Both the position numbers and the translations under genes were made by a program. Below the pieces are notes generated by a model that did no database searches, was not told the DNA's origin, and saw nothing but the letters and a program-made list of their open reading frames with translations. Of a DNA stretch of 64,000 nt, positions 1-9,782 are shown piece after piece (positions within the stretch are counted from its first letter, which is position 1; the number at the start of each line of letters is the position of its first letter). This DNA is from an uncultured Candidatus Bathyarchaeia archaeon (GTDB lineage Archaea; Thermoproteota; Bathyarchaeia; Bathyarchaeales; Bathyarchaeaceae), in NCBI GenBank assembly GCA_964623205.1, contig CAZUQX010000005.1, forward strand, positions 43,826 to 107,825. Direction: 5' to 3'.

Positions 1-183
1 ATCTACTATTATACATTCGCTATGTTTCAGGCAATGATCACAGTGGGTGCAGAATCCAATTTTTTTGTCTCTGACTGTAAAAAACTGTGTTTCGAATCCA
101 ATTTCCTTCAGCTTGTTTAGGGCTTCTCTCAAAACGTGCTCTGTTGCACCTTTCCTAGGGCTTCCACATATGCCAACAATCAT
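1..183 (-). CDS. Iron-sulfur flavoprotein / flavodoxin family (5' part; runs off window)
   Basis: Manual translation MIVGICGSPRKGATEHVL...CTHCDHCLKHSEC: SPR FMN loop plus compact CX2CX2CX5C cluster; not in ORF track. Confidence 0.85.
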   Translation of the reverse strand, partial: MIVGICGSPRKGATEHVLREALNKLKEIGFETQFFTVRDKKIGFCTHCDHCLKHSECIIVD

Positions 184-267
184 GGTGCTTCATCGGAAGT
201 CTATATTTACTAGACTCAATAAATGTTGCTGAAAAACGAGAACTGACTACAAAACAATACATGTTGT

Positions 268-1017
268 TTAACGCTTTAATTCTTTGACAAGTTTTACGAT
301 TTGTTCTATCACATGCTCATTTATTCGTTGTCCTTTCTCAGCTGATGCTATTGTCGGGTCGCCCATCACTCCACTTGGGAAGTATCGTTCAGGATCAGGA
401 ACAATCTCGAACCTTGGCAGTTTTGGAAAGCTTCGTTTTCCCTTTCCTTTTATCAAGTCTGATCGAATCGACATTACTCTTGAAGTTTCGATTGTTCCAG
501 CGTGAGAATCTCTTTCATCAAAGTCTTTGCCTCTGAGGTCGAAGGCGAAGTCATAATCTGAACAGACCATAATTCGGGGTCTTTCGTCTTCGCCCTTGTG
601 ATTAGCTACAACCTCTTTGGCTGCAAGTTTGAGCGCAGTCATATGTGATCGACCTGCATGACCAGTTAAGATCAGCAATCTCTTGAAATCATTGCGGATG
701 AGCTCCTCCAAAATATCAGTCATTATGCTGCGTAGCGAATCAAAGCTTATTGAAAGAGTGCCGGGAAAGTTTCTTGTGGAACTGCAGACACCATACCTCA
801 AGGGTGGCGCAACCAAGCAACCGGATTTCTGGGCGACTTGCAAAGCAACATGCTCTGCCTGAAGGCTGTCTGTGCAAAGCGGTAGGTGACTGCCATGCTC
901 TTCGACGCTTCCGCAGGGAATAATTACAACCTTTCCCTCTTCAGCCGCTTTCTCCGCTTCTTTCATACTCAGTTCGTCAAACCACAAGCTTTCATTCTTA
1001 TGCGATTTTGCTGACAT
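268..1017 (-). CDS. Creatininase/ArfB-like amidohydrolase
   Basis: GSVEEHGSHLPLCTD, GHAG, HAGTIETS, SGVMGDP motifs. Confidence 0.9.
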   Translation of the reverse strand: MSAKSHKNESLWFDELSMKEAEKAAEEGKVVIIPCGSVEEHGSHLPLCTDSLQAEHVALQVAQKSGCLVAPPLRYGVCSSTRNFPGTLSISFDSLRSIMTDILEELIRNDFKRLLILTGHAGRSHMTALKLAAKEVVANHKGEDERPRIMVCSDYDFAFDLRGKDFDERDSHAGTIETSRVMSIRSDLIKGKGKRSFPKLPRFEIVPDPERYFPSGVMGDPTIASAEKGQRINEHVIEQIVKLVKELKR

Positions 1018-1075
1018 TTTTCATCTTTCCTTTTCATCACAATTAATGCGAATGGAATATACGCATGTTAATTTG

Positions 1076-2143
1076 TCATTTAATTATCTTTAAGGTTTGT
1101 TCGTAGTAGCGGGGACCATAAGTTAACGTAATTTGATGGAATACTTTGGTTCTGGTAACTACCTTTTCAAGATTTCCCTCAACCAGAACCTGCTCATCAC
1201 GTTTCGCCTGCATCCTAAACTCTTCCATATAGGAGAATATTCGTTTAATCTCGTCAACTTTCGGTCCTTCCAAGATATCCTGAACCTCAATCTGATAGAT
1301 TGATGGAATAAACGGAGCATCATCGTCGCCAGATATTTTGGCTTTTGCTTTGATCCAGCCTACATTAATTATCCGTGTATCCGTGTTGTATTCATTGCAG
1401 ATTTCTCCCCAGTCCTTCACCGGCTCAAACTCTGCCTTAACGACTCTGCCTCCAGCTCTAGGTTTGAAGAGACTGTAGATCATTTTTCTTCGCTGATGCC
1501 AAAGATACTCCTCTGGACTGTAATTCACAAACTGCCAACTTTTTCCTTCAATTGTTTTCTCGCTGTCAAACTCGTTCCGCAGAGAATCGTCTTCCCGATA
1601 AAGGTCATCTAACGCCCTACAGAGCCTCCTCAGTTTTTCTCTGCCGTAAACGATAAGGTCTAAGTCCGAAAAGTTAGGGTGGTAGAATCCGTGAAGGAGG
1701 GAACCGAAGACCCCGAAATCTCTTTCAGATAATCCTGACTTGGATGAAACCTGTGCAAACAGGTCCTGTAATGCCTTGTGAAGGGTGTCCTCTGGTTCCT
1801 TTGCAATCAGCTTCTGTAATCCGATTTCTGGTCTACGGGCTTCCATAATATCGTCTTCATTTACTCCTGCTAGCGATTTCTGCAAGGGTTCGTAGAAAAT
1901 TGTGTACTGTGGATATTTATCTCGAACAAAATTTAGTCCCTCGTCTGCGAAGAACTTGTAGTAAAAGGGTTCATTTTTTCCTCTACGAGCCCTGGGATTC
2001 AAGGACTTGAAGATGTTCGACGATGCGTATTCTGGGTCACAGACGTAAGCGTTAGAGGGGTGGATGTAGCCGTACACCCGAAAAATTATGCCGTCCACAG
2101 TGATTATGGCGTCACGATCTCTAAGTTTCAAAGCGTCAATCAT
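1076..2143 (-). CDS. Archaeal Pol-beta superfamily nucleotidyltransferase (COG1665-like), paralogue 1
   Basis: RDRD N-terminus; GVFGS...SDLDL catalytic motif; C-terminal OB-like V.G.LE strand. Confidence 0.8.
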   Translation of the reverse strand: MIDALKLRDRDAIITVDGIIFRVYGYIHPSNAYVCDPEYASSNIFKSLNPRARRGKNEPFYYKFFADEGLNFVRDKYPQYTIFYEPLQKSLAGVNEDDIMEARRPEIGLQKLIAKEPEDTLHKALQDLFAQVSSKSGLSERDFGVFGSLLHGFYHPNFSDLDLIVYGREKLRRLCRALDDLYREDDSLRNEFDSEKTIEGKSWQFVNYSPEEYLWHQRRKMIYSLFKPRAGGRVVKAEFEPVKDWGEICNEYNTDTRIINVGWIKAKAKISGDDDAPFIPSIYQIEVQDILEGPKVDEIKRIFSYMEEFRMQAKRDEQVLVEGNLEKVVTRTKVFHQITLTYGPRYYEQTLKIIK

Positions 2144-2151
2144 CTCCCCAA

Positions 2152-3213
2152 TCAGCGTAAAAGGGGCTCAATATACTCCTTCTCGCGTGTGGCAGTGCCC
2201 ACCACAACCTGATAGCATGCTTTGCCTGTTTCAACGTTTTCTACCCGTTCTAGGGTTCCCGAAACCTTGATGCCTTCTCCCTGCCGAGCCACGTTTCTGT
2301 AGTATCCGATCATGGAGAGAACTTTTGTTGGAACTTGGTCTTTCGTAAGTTCTGACGCTGAATCGTCTGGTTGGTAGTCCCTGATCTGGTAGATTGCAGG
2401 TCGAAACATGTTCTCGCTGTCGTCAACAACCATGCAACTGAACGTGACGTTCTTAATGGGCATATACCTGAATCTTCCATACTCGGCAGTTATCTCTTCG
2501 GACTTTCGCACCGCATTATACACGAAACGCCTATCCTTATGGCGTCCACGATGCTTCCTTGCACTATCAATCTTCTTGGTGAAAACATACTTCAACATGC
2601 CTTCCTCAACGAGCCTATCAACAGTTCTTTCTAATTTCCTGAAGTTCTGGGAACCGTAAACCACAAGGTCAATGTCAGAATACAGTGAATGCATATTTAG
2701 CCCGACGGATCCGTGGATTCCGAAATCCTCGAGGGGCACCTGCGATTCGTTGGAGAGAAGTGAGACAAGTTCCACAGCTTCTTCCTGCAACCCATCTTTC
2801 ATATCTCTTCTGAAAAGCTTCTGCAGACACACGCTTGGCAAATAGACCTTGTCTATACTTTCATAGGGAACACTCAAAACTTCCTTGTTCAGATAGGGAC
2901 AAAAATACAGGTATTGAGGAAAACTACCTCGAAAAGTTCCCAAAAACCTTTGATAGTTTTGGGCTGTATAGAGTTTCTCTGGTCTGGCGAGCTCTATTTT
3001 TCCAAGCTTCCATTTCTGCCTGAGAAACCGTATGGGAAAATAGGACATCAAGTTAGAAGGAATGTATTTCAGAAAAGCGAACACTCGATTGCCCGGATGC
3101 TTATACCCAAAAACGTAGAAGATATAGCCCTCCCTCGTGAGAAGCGTCTCCCCGTCCCTAGGAACCCAATCTTTTGTCGCCAAACTGTCTATCCCCAAAG
3201 TAAAGTGCAACAA
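2152..3213 (-). CDS. Archaeal nucleotidyltransferase (COG1665-like), paralogue 2
   Basis: HP...LKYIP; GIHGS...SDIDL motif; start may lie a few codons downstream. Confidence 0.8.
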   Translation of the reverse strand: MLHFTLGIDSLATKDWVPRDGETLLTREGYIFYVFGYKHPGNRVFAFLKYIPSNLMSYFPIRFLRQKWKLGKIELARPEKLYTAQNYQRFLGTFRGSFPQYLYFCPYLNKEVLSVPYESIDKVYLPSVCLQKLFRRDMKDGLQEEAVELVSLLSNESQVPLEDFGIHGSVGLNMHSLYSDIDLVVYGSQNFRKLERTVDRLVEEGMLKYVFTKKIDSARKHRGRHKDRRFVYNAVRKSEEITAEYGRFRYMPIKNVTFSCMVVDDSENMFRPAIYQIRDYQPDDSASELTKDQVPTKVLSMIGYYRNVARQGEGIKVSGTLERVENVETGKACYQVVVGTATREKEYIEPLLR

Positions 3214-3375
3214 CCACTAAGGGCATGTTCCTCTTCCACTCTTCCCTCCCTTATTATCTTTAAGTTTTCCTGAAAAAATCGAATGCAGATTACTCTAATT
3301 TAACTTGGCCTTGAAAAAGAAGATTAGTTTATCCACTGGACTCGGTTCTGTGGAAAAACTGAAGGGGGTACGAAT

Positions 3376-4443
3376 TTATTCTATGTATTTAGTATCTGAG
3401 GTTACTGAGGTTCCGTTTGCTGTTATTGGGTATGCTCCGCAAGTTTTGCATACAATGGCGTTTTCTGGTACATTAGAATTGCATTGGGGACATGTTCTAG
3501 CATCCGAATCAACAGCGTGGGGTACGCCGACAACAGACCTGTAAGCTTCATAGTAAATCAGTTGTTCCTTATCGCGGATAACTACCTTGTCGCTCTCTAG
3601 GTACCTTTTCTTTTTCTCCGCGAATTCTGAATCGGAGATTTTCTTTGCCAAGTATTTGGGAAGAATCGTTGTGCCTGAACCAACTTCAATGGGATTCTTG
3701 TCTCTCCATCTGACCTCCTCAGGAAGGACATCCTCGTAGGCTTTACGGAGAATCCACTTGCCCCAAACTTCTCCCCTCTCCCTTTGAACATTGTATCTAG
3801 GATCCAAGTTCATGGCGAAGGCCTTGACTTCCGGGTCTAGAAAGGGGGCTCTCACCTCGATGCCGATGGATTTTCCAAGAGGAACCGAGGAAAACTGCAT
3901 TATCTCCCACATTTTCTCTAGCTTAGAACTCAATTTTTCCTTGTTTCCTACATGACGGTAATATATGTGATAGCCCGCGAAGAGTTCATCTGCTCCGTCT
4001 CCAGTAATTAGTGAAGTTACACCATGAGATTTGGCAAATTTCAGTCCGATCATGATAGTGATGCTGTTACGAACCTCCATTGGATCGAATGACTTTAGGG
4101 TTTTTACGATGTTTGGGATTACTTCGAAGACTTCATTTTCGCCGAAGGTGTGAAGGTAATGGTTGATGTTGAGTCGCTTAGCCATCAGCTTGGCGTATTT
4201 AATGTCTAAAGCATTGGCTGGTTCGAATGCGCAAGTGAAGCCTCTCAAGCGAACGAATTTTGATGCAATCGTTGCTAGAATGCTTGTGTCTATACCCCCT
4301 GAAAACAGCATGTCTTCTGTAAGGTTTTTCTTCACAGATTTTTCGAGTAGAGCCCGTAGTTTTTCGGCCTCCTCGTCTACTGTTGCCAATATCTTGCTCT
4401 CGCTTTGCGTATCTTCTTTTTTTACAGTTTCCATTCTATGCAC
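3376..4443 (-). CDS. Asparagine synthase C-terminal (PP-loop) domain protein with C-terminal Zn ribbon, no glutaminase domain
   Basis: FSGGIDTS, TGDGADELFAGY, RAPFLD, R.K.P; CPQC...CKTC. Confidence 0.85.
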   Translation of the reverse strand: MHRMETVKKEDTQSESKILATVDEEAEKLRALLEKSVKKNLTEDMLFSGGIDTSILATIASKFVRLRGFTCAFEPANALDIKYAKLMAKRLNINHYLHTFGENEVFEVIPNIVKTLKSFDPMEVRNSITIMIGLKFAKSHGVTSLITGDGADELFAGYHIYYRHVGNKEKLSSKLEKMWEIMQFSSVPLGKSIGIEVRAPFLDPEVKAFAMNLDPRYNVQRERGEVWGKWILRKAYEDVLPEEVRWRDKNPIEVGSGTTILPKYLAKKISDSEFAEKKKRYLESDKVVIRDKEQLIYYEAYRSVVGVPHAVDSDARTCPQCNSNVPENAIVCKTCGAYPITANGTSVTSDTKYIE

Positions 4444-4659
4444 CTTTCATTCAACAGAACATGGAAATATTACAGTTTTATATATAAATCTTTTCCTATA
4501 ACTGAAGAAAAACGCCTCTATCTAGAAAATAAGTGAACAATCATTCAAAGAAATAGGCGATTTCCGTTCATATGACCAATTTGATAAAGCATTGTTTTCG
4601 AGACAAGAAGCGAGGTAACTATTAATAGAAAACAACTAATTGGAATTTACTGTGGAGGA

Positions 4660-5370
4660 ATGCAGATGGAGAATCATTCTGGTTGGAAAGCGAAAATAGC
4701 ATTCGTTTGTTATCTTGCATTGGCTGGCGGAATTTTTCTGGGGAGCATCATAGTGGCCATCATATTGCTTGGCGTGGGGCTTGACTATCCAGAATTGACT
4801 TTTCCAGTTGCACTCATATCTCTTCCAATCAATGAAGGCATAATCTTGGGAATCACGCTTCTGTTTGCTCAACATAAAGGTGCAAGTTTGAGAAAACTGG
4901 GTTTGAAAAAGCCAAGCCTAAAAATTCTTTTGCTTGTCTCGGTTGCTGCAGTACTCCTTCTTCTGCTTGCTGGCACTATCGCTATTTTTGAGGAAGTTGT
5001 TTTTGGTCGAGACCCCATGGCAGAAGAACTTGTGACTGCTGTGTTGCCGCGTAACTTGCTTCAACTGATTGCCATAATCGGTCTCTCAATAGCTCTAGTT
5101 GGACCAGCCGAGGAATTAGCTTTCAGAGGATTCGTTCAAAGAGGTTTTGAAAATTCGTTTGGAAAAACAGCAGGTTTGTTGCTTGCCTCTATCTTATTCG
5201 GGCTCTTGCATGGACTCAATTCTTTGCGTTCTATAATTCCCGTATCTGTTCTCAGTTTGGTTTTGGGTTATGTGTGGCAGAAAACTGATGGAAACACCAC
5301 CACCTCAGCTTGGATGCATGGACTGTATGACGCGATAACCATATCAATAGCTTATTTTGCCTCTGTCTAA
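4660..5370 (+). CDS. CPBP (CAAX/Abi) intramembrane glutamic protease
   Basis: EELAFRG, FGLLH, HGLYD motifs; multiple TM helices. Confidence 0.9.
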   Translation: MQMENHSGWKAKIAFVCYLALAGGIFLGSIIVAIILLGVGLDYPELTFPVALISLPINEGIILGITLLFAQHKGASLRKLGLKKPSLKILLLVSVAAVLLLLLAGTIAIFEEVVFGRDPMAEELVTAVLPRNLLQLIAIIGLSIALVGPAEELAFRGFVQRGFENSFGKTAGLLLASILFGLLHGLNSLRSIIPVSVLSLVLGYVWQKTDGNTTTSAWMHGLYDAITISIAYFASV

Positions 5371-5376
5371 AGAACA

Positions 5377-6441
5377 ATGAGGGCTGTTATGAATATGCGA
5401 GGGTTTAGGGACCGGGATTTCCTTCAAACCAGCGAAGGATTCTTCCTCTGTGTAATCGGACCCTTACATCCACCCAAACGAGTCATATCCTATCTCAAAT
5501 ATGTCCCATCAGAGTCCGGTGTCTGGGGAAGAGGCGAAAAAAGGTTCAGCCGAATATTGCAGAAATATACGATTCCAAACCTGCTGGAAACCTTCAGATT
5601 CCTCGAGCGAAGCTATCCTCATTATCTGTTCCATTCCCCCGCGGACAACATCACTCTAACCGCAGTCCCATACCAAAACATAAAAGCGCATTTCAAGCCA
5701 GAACAAAAACTGGCTCAACTGAAATTAACCTCGCAATTAGATCCTTTACAAGATAAACTGATCAGATTCACAAGGTTTTTGGAAGAAACAAGTGGTGTGC
5801 CAAGCGGGTCTTTCGGAGTAACCGGCTCTCTTCTTCTTGATATTCATCAACCCGTATTTTCGGACCTCGACGTTACAGTATATGGAGTAAAGAACAGCTG
5901 GAAACTGAGAAACACCTTAACCGAAAAACAGAACTCTGAAATGCCTACTAAACGTCTCGCGGGAAAACCTCTCGAAGAGTGGTGCGCCAAAAAAGCTAAG
6001 CAATATCCGTTGACGCCTGCGGAAGCATCGAAAATCTACGAACGGAAGTGGAACCTCGGATTTTTTGAGGATACTTGGTTCTCTATTCACCCAGTTAAGC
6101 TGGAAACCGAGGTTGCTGAAGAATACGGACAAAAGACCTACCATCCATGTGGTCAAGTAACCATCCGCGCCGTTGTATGCAACAATACAAACTCGCTTTT
6201 TCTTCCTTCAGTATATCAGCTCAAAGAAGTGGAGGTTCTGGAAGGTCCACAGTTAGGGAAGATAACCGAAGTAGTTTCTTACGAGAGTCTCTATGACAGT
6301 CTAGCTGAAAACGGCGAATCAATAGTGGCTAGGGGCAAACTTGAACGGGTTTTGGAGAGGGGAACCTGCCGAGAACAGTATCGTGTGCTGGTCGGTTCTC
6401 CTGAAGGCCAGGGCAAAGAATACATAAAATTGCAGGATTAG
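5377..6441 (+). CDS. Archaeal nucleotidyltransferase (COG1665-like), paralogue 3
   Basis: FRDRDF, HP...YLKYVP, GVTGS...SDLDV. Confidence 0.8.
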   Translation: MRAVMNMRGFRDRDFLQTSEGFFLCVIGPLHPPKRVISYLKYVPSESGVWGRGEKRFSRILQKYTIPNLLETFRFLERSYPHYLFHSPADNITLTAVPYQNIKAHFKPEQKLAQLKLTSQLDPLQDKLIRFTRFLEETSGVPSGSFGVTGSLLLDIHQPVFSDLDVTVYGVKNSWKLRNTLTEKQNSEMPTKRLAGKPLEEWCAKKAKQYPLTPAEASKIYERKWNLGFFEDTWFSIHPVKLETEVAEEYGQKTYHPCGQVTIRAVVCNNTNSLFLPSVYQLKEVEVLEGPQLGKITEVVSYESLYDSLAENGESIVARGKLERVLERGTCREQYRVLVGSPEGQGKEYIKLQD

Positions 6442-6452
6442 CCTCTAGCGGC

Positions 6453-7427
6453 CTACTCCAGCTTCAGCACATCTTTTAGGTAGGCTCGGAACGGACCAAG
6501 CTTGCCGCCGTAATTTCCAGCTGTAATCTTTACAACGCCTGGAACTTTAACCGCCGCCTTTATTCCCTCAGCCATAGCTTTTTCCACAACTTTCTGGTTC
6601 AAGCCATTTATCACTATCTCGTAGACGCTTTCAACATTGTCCGGGACCTCAGTGTCTGATACAAGTTTCTTCACTGTGGGACAGAATGGATGGTTAGTGG
6701 ATGCGGGAAGCTTGTAATTAATGGAACCCACCTTAGAGCCTGACCTACAGATACCACCCGGGAAGGGCATGATCACCCCCCGAACATTCTGGCTAATTGC
6801 CTCCTTAGCATCCTCCGACGCCTTAAGACCCGCCTTCCAGTCCTTCGCCAAGATCAGAAGGTTTCCGCTGGCAACAGCCTTCATGGCGCCAAAATTGTCT
6901 TCAACCACGAATTCACCTTCCATAACTGGGATGCGCCAAACTTTCCGTCCCGCAATCTCGTCGGTCTTTTGAAAGCCATCGGCGAAGAGGCGCAGGCTCC
7001 TTCCAACTTTCAGTCTCCTTTTAGCTTTGGGGAGAGCGTCGAAGGCTGCTGTGGTTGGGCAGGTCATGATACATTGTCCGATTCTCAGGCTCATCTGGGT
7101 CTTGAGTCCGTTTCTCGTTGTGTGGTAGATTTGGATAATGGCTCCTGGACGTCCATCCGGGGTTTCTTTGGGTGATACCATGCCTTCTAATGCCGCTTCT
7201 GCTGGTGACATAATGATGGAAGATGCAAAGCCAGTTGCGGTTCTTGCTGCAATTAAAGCCCACTTCTCGTTGGCTGCAGTTATCAATATTCTGCCTGCCC
7301 ACATGGGAAACATTTCGGCAAAAGTGTCCTCTATTTTCAGTGAATCCTGTCTTTCAGGCACCTTTACAACAAAATCTTTTCCTTCTTTTTTTACAACTTT
7401 AAGGTCTGCCATCATTTTTCGCTCCAT
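6453..7427 (-). CDS. ftr: Formylmethanofuran--H4MPT N-formyltransferase
   Basis: IEDTFAE, TPDGRPG, RIGQCIMTCPTTA, RSGSK, AGNYGGKLG. Confidence 0.95.
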   Translation of the reverse strand: MERKMMADLKVVKKEGKDFVVKVPERQDSLKIEDTFAEMFPMWAGRILITAANEKWALIAARTATGFASSIIMSPAEAALEGMVSPKETPDGRPGAIIQIYHTTRNGLKTQMSLRIGQCIMTCPTTAAFDALPKAKRRLKVGRSLRLFADGFQKTDEIAGRKVWRIPVMEGEFVVEDNFGAMKAVASGNLLILAKDWKAGLKASEDAKEAISQNVRGVIMPFPGGICRSGSKVGSINYKLPASTNHPFCPTVKKLVSDTEVPDNVESVYEIVINGLNQKVVEKAMAEGIKAAVKVPGVVKITAGNYGGKLGPFRAYLKDVLKLE

Positions 7428-8695
7428 TAGATTTTACTTTGTCCCGCTCCGTGACATATCTGAAACCGATTTGAGAAGTTCTCATCTTCTTTTACACTTT
7501 TAGATGTTACGGTATTTTGTATCTGTGATCTTTGATAACCGCACAAAAAATCTGTTCGGGTCTCTTGTTGTTCGGGTTGTTGTGGCAGTTGTGGTTGTGC
7601 CGTGTCAATGCGAGATTTATTTGATCTGCGTATGCTTTTAATCTTGTTGATGAGCCGTGTTTCGATGAGGAAGATAAGGGAGAGGTAGATGAACATCCAG
7701 GCGATGAAAAAGAATTCTCCGTAGAACTCATGGAAAAGTTCAGCCGGGTCTATTCCGCTATTGACCCCTATTACATAAATCGTTGCAATTCGCAGGATGT
7801 TGAGAAAGAATGTTCCAACTGCTCCTATTACGACGTAGATTATCTTTCTCATGCGGGATATGCTGGTGCCCCTGAGAAACAGCATGATCATGAATGAATA
7901 TAAGAAGAGGCTGTGGCTTCCTGCACAAGACCATGCAACAGTAGCACCATAGGGTTTCCCACCGCCTATACTAGCAGTGAGATTCAAACCAGTGTCGCCT
8001 GCAGGTGATATTCGAGTCTCGTAACCTAAAAGATTTAGGATTGCCGCAGCTCCGGATGTGGTTACGGGAACAAGGAACTGCAGAGCCGTGAAGGTTCCAT
8101 ACGGATAGAATGTGTCAATCATGTAGAAGACACCTACGCCCCCAATAAAGACTGACGAGACAGCGAAGTGCTTCAGCCCCCGAAATCCATACAAAAGCAA
8201 AATCGAGGTTACAAAGAATACTGTGAAGAGTATGTACTCAAAAGAGGGAGGCCAAGAATGTGTCAAAAACCATTCGTCTCCATTTACGATGGGTACCCCA
8301 ACGGCTCTTCCCAGTTCCACTATTCCAGCATGTAAACCGAAATTCAAACCCACCGCGTACAATGTGGGCAAAAGCATGATTACTGCGGTCAGCACGGTTT
8401 TTTTGCTCCAACCTGTGGCGTGTTCTTTTTTGAGTTTTTGCCATCCAAGGGCTGTCTCTAAGAAGAATAACCAGAGAAAGAGAAGGTACGGGGCTCTGCC
8501 TTTCCACAATAAATCAAAGGACTTCGCGTCTAATTTATAAAAAATGACCAGTGGCACAACAAAAGCTGCAAAAACAAGGACGGTCTGTAAAAGAAAGCTC
8601 CAATCTATTCTGGAAAGAAGTTCCTTCATTCTGAAAAGAAGTTTTTTCATTCCGAAAAGGAGCTTCGTTAGTTGTTCCTTTAATGGAAATACCAT
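7427..8695 (-). CDS. Archaeosortase/exosortase family protein (thaumarchaeosortase-like layout, Cys nucleophile)
   Basis: Polytopic; WSCAG (Cys), NILRI (Arg), FH.FYG (His); N-terminal W.GR...LF motif. Confidence 0.85.
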   Translation of the reverse strand: MVFPLKEQLTKLLFGMKKLLFRMKELLSRIDWSFLLQTVLVFAAFVVPLVIFYKLDAKSFDLLWKGRAPYLLFLWLFFLETALGWQKLKKEHATGWSKKTVLTAVIMLLPTLYAVGLNFGLHAGIVELGRAVGVPIVNGDEWFLTHSWPPSFEYILFTVFFVTSILLLYGFRGLKHFAVSSVFIGGVGVFYMIDTFYPYGTFTALQFLVPVTTSGAAAILNLLGYETRISPAGDTGLNLTASIGGGKPYGATVAWSCAGSHSLFLYSFMIMLFLRGTSISRMRKIIYVVIGAVGTFFLNILRIATIYVIGVNSGIDPAELFHEFYGEFFFIAWMFIYLSLIFLIETRLINKIKSIRRSNKSRIDTAQPQLPQQPEQQETRTDFLCGYQRSQIQNTVTSKSVKEDENFSNRFQICHGAGQSKI

Positions 8696-8802
8696 GCTGG
8701 TTGCGCCTTGCCAATCAAATGAATATCTTTACCTTTACAAAGGGCATCCTTAAACTTTGCCAATTCGTAATAACCTAAAGCGTTGCACTATTTACTGAAA
8801 GC

Positions 8803-9219
8803 CTACTTCTTTGACTTCTCTGCAGAATCTTCCTGCTCCTTGAAACTGAGAGATATCGAATTTACGCAGAAACGTTGACCCGTAGGTTTAGGTCTGTCGT
8901 CGAAAACATGTCCTAGGTGTCCACCACACTTCTTGCATAGCACCTCGGTTCTTCGCATTCCGAAGCGATTATCTGCTTTTTCTTCGATGTTATCTTTACA
9001 AACTGGAGCCCAGAAACTGGGCCACCCTGTGCCGGAATCAAACTTTGTGTCTGAAGAAAACAGTTCGCTTCCGCAACCAGCACAGGCATAAGTTCCCTTT
9101 TTCTTGTTTTGCCAGTATTTTCCGGTAAAGGCTGGTTCGGTTCCTTTTTCCCTCAGCACATGGTGCTCTTCCGGGGAGATAATTTTCTTCCATTCTTTTT
9201 CTGTTTTAATGGTTCTCAT
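8803..9219 (-). CDS. msrB: Peptide-methionine (R)-S-oxide reductase
   Basis: KFDSGTGWPSF, GHLGHVFDD, RFCVNS, two CxxC pairs. Confidence 0.95.
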   Translation of the reverse strand: MRTIKTEKEWKKIISPEEHHVLREKGTEPAFTGKYWQNKKKGTYACAGCGSELFSSDTKFDSGTGWPSFWAPVCKDNIEEKADNRFGMRRTEVLCKKCGGHLGHVFDDRPKPTGQRFCVNSISLSFKEQEDSAEKSKK

Positions 9220-9395
9220 CTCCTTCCTAAAAACTTAGATTCTTGAAAAACTGGGTCATCTCAGAATCTCTTCTCTATAATTCTTATATCGGTTGTTCCT
9301 TTAAAACTTATATCAATCAACAAGCCGACTGGTTCATATCGGTAGCTTCAAGTTCCGTAGCAACTACCTTTTATTTCTGTTTGAACATTAATTAT

Positions 9396-9465
9396 TGTGC
9401 CGGATGACGAGAAGGCATTAGCTTGACGCATCAGGATGAAATCTCAGAGTTACTCCGACGGCACA
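9396..9465 (+). ncRNA. Box C/D methylation-guide sRNA (dual guide, predicted 23S rRNA targets)
   Basis: Terminal stem TGTGCCG/CGGCACA; C ATGACGA (9404-10), D' TTGA (9423-26), C' AGGATGA (9433-39), D CCGA (9455-58); guides antisense to conserved LSU rRNA AGUAACUCUGA and AAUGCCUU; T-rich TATA-like box ~25 nt upstream. Confidence 0.75.
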
Positions 9466-9472
9466 CTAACTT

Positions 9473-9643
9473 CTAAAAAGCATCTCTGGGGATCATTGTC
9501 CACACTAGAACTAAACCGGTCAAAGATTGCACCGCTACAAAACCGAGGTTGAGCGGAAAAGGAGTAATTGCAACCACCCAGATGGAGAAGATAATCCACA
9601 TGAACGCGAGCCACATCAACAGAATCTTATCTGAAACTCTCAT
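9473..9643 (-). CDS. Small 56-aa two-TM membrane protein
   Basis: Manual translation MRVSDKILLMWLAFMWIIFSIWVVAITPFPLNLGFVAVQSLTGLVLVWTMIPRDAF; AGGTGA upstream; below ORF-track cutoff. Confidence 0.55.
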   Translation of the reverse strand: MRVSDKILLMWLAFMWIIFSIWVVAITPFPLNLGFVAVQSLTGLVLVWTMIPRDAF

Positions 9644-9782
9644 CTTTCATCTGTTGTCACCTTATCTTAGTTGAATAGAAAAAGGCTATGAACAGAGAAT
9701 ATTAACTCTGAATATTAACTAGAAAAAAGGAGAATTGGGAATTTTGGAACCTGTCTTCTTTTTCCCATAACCTGTGTTGTTG

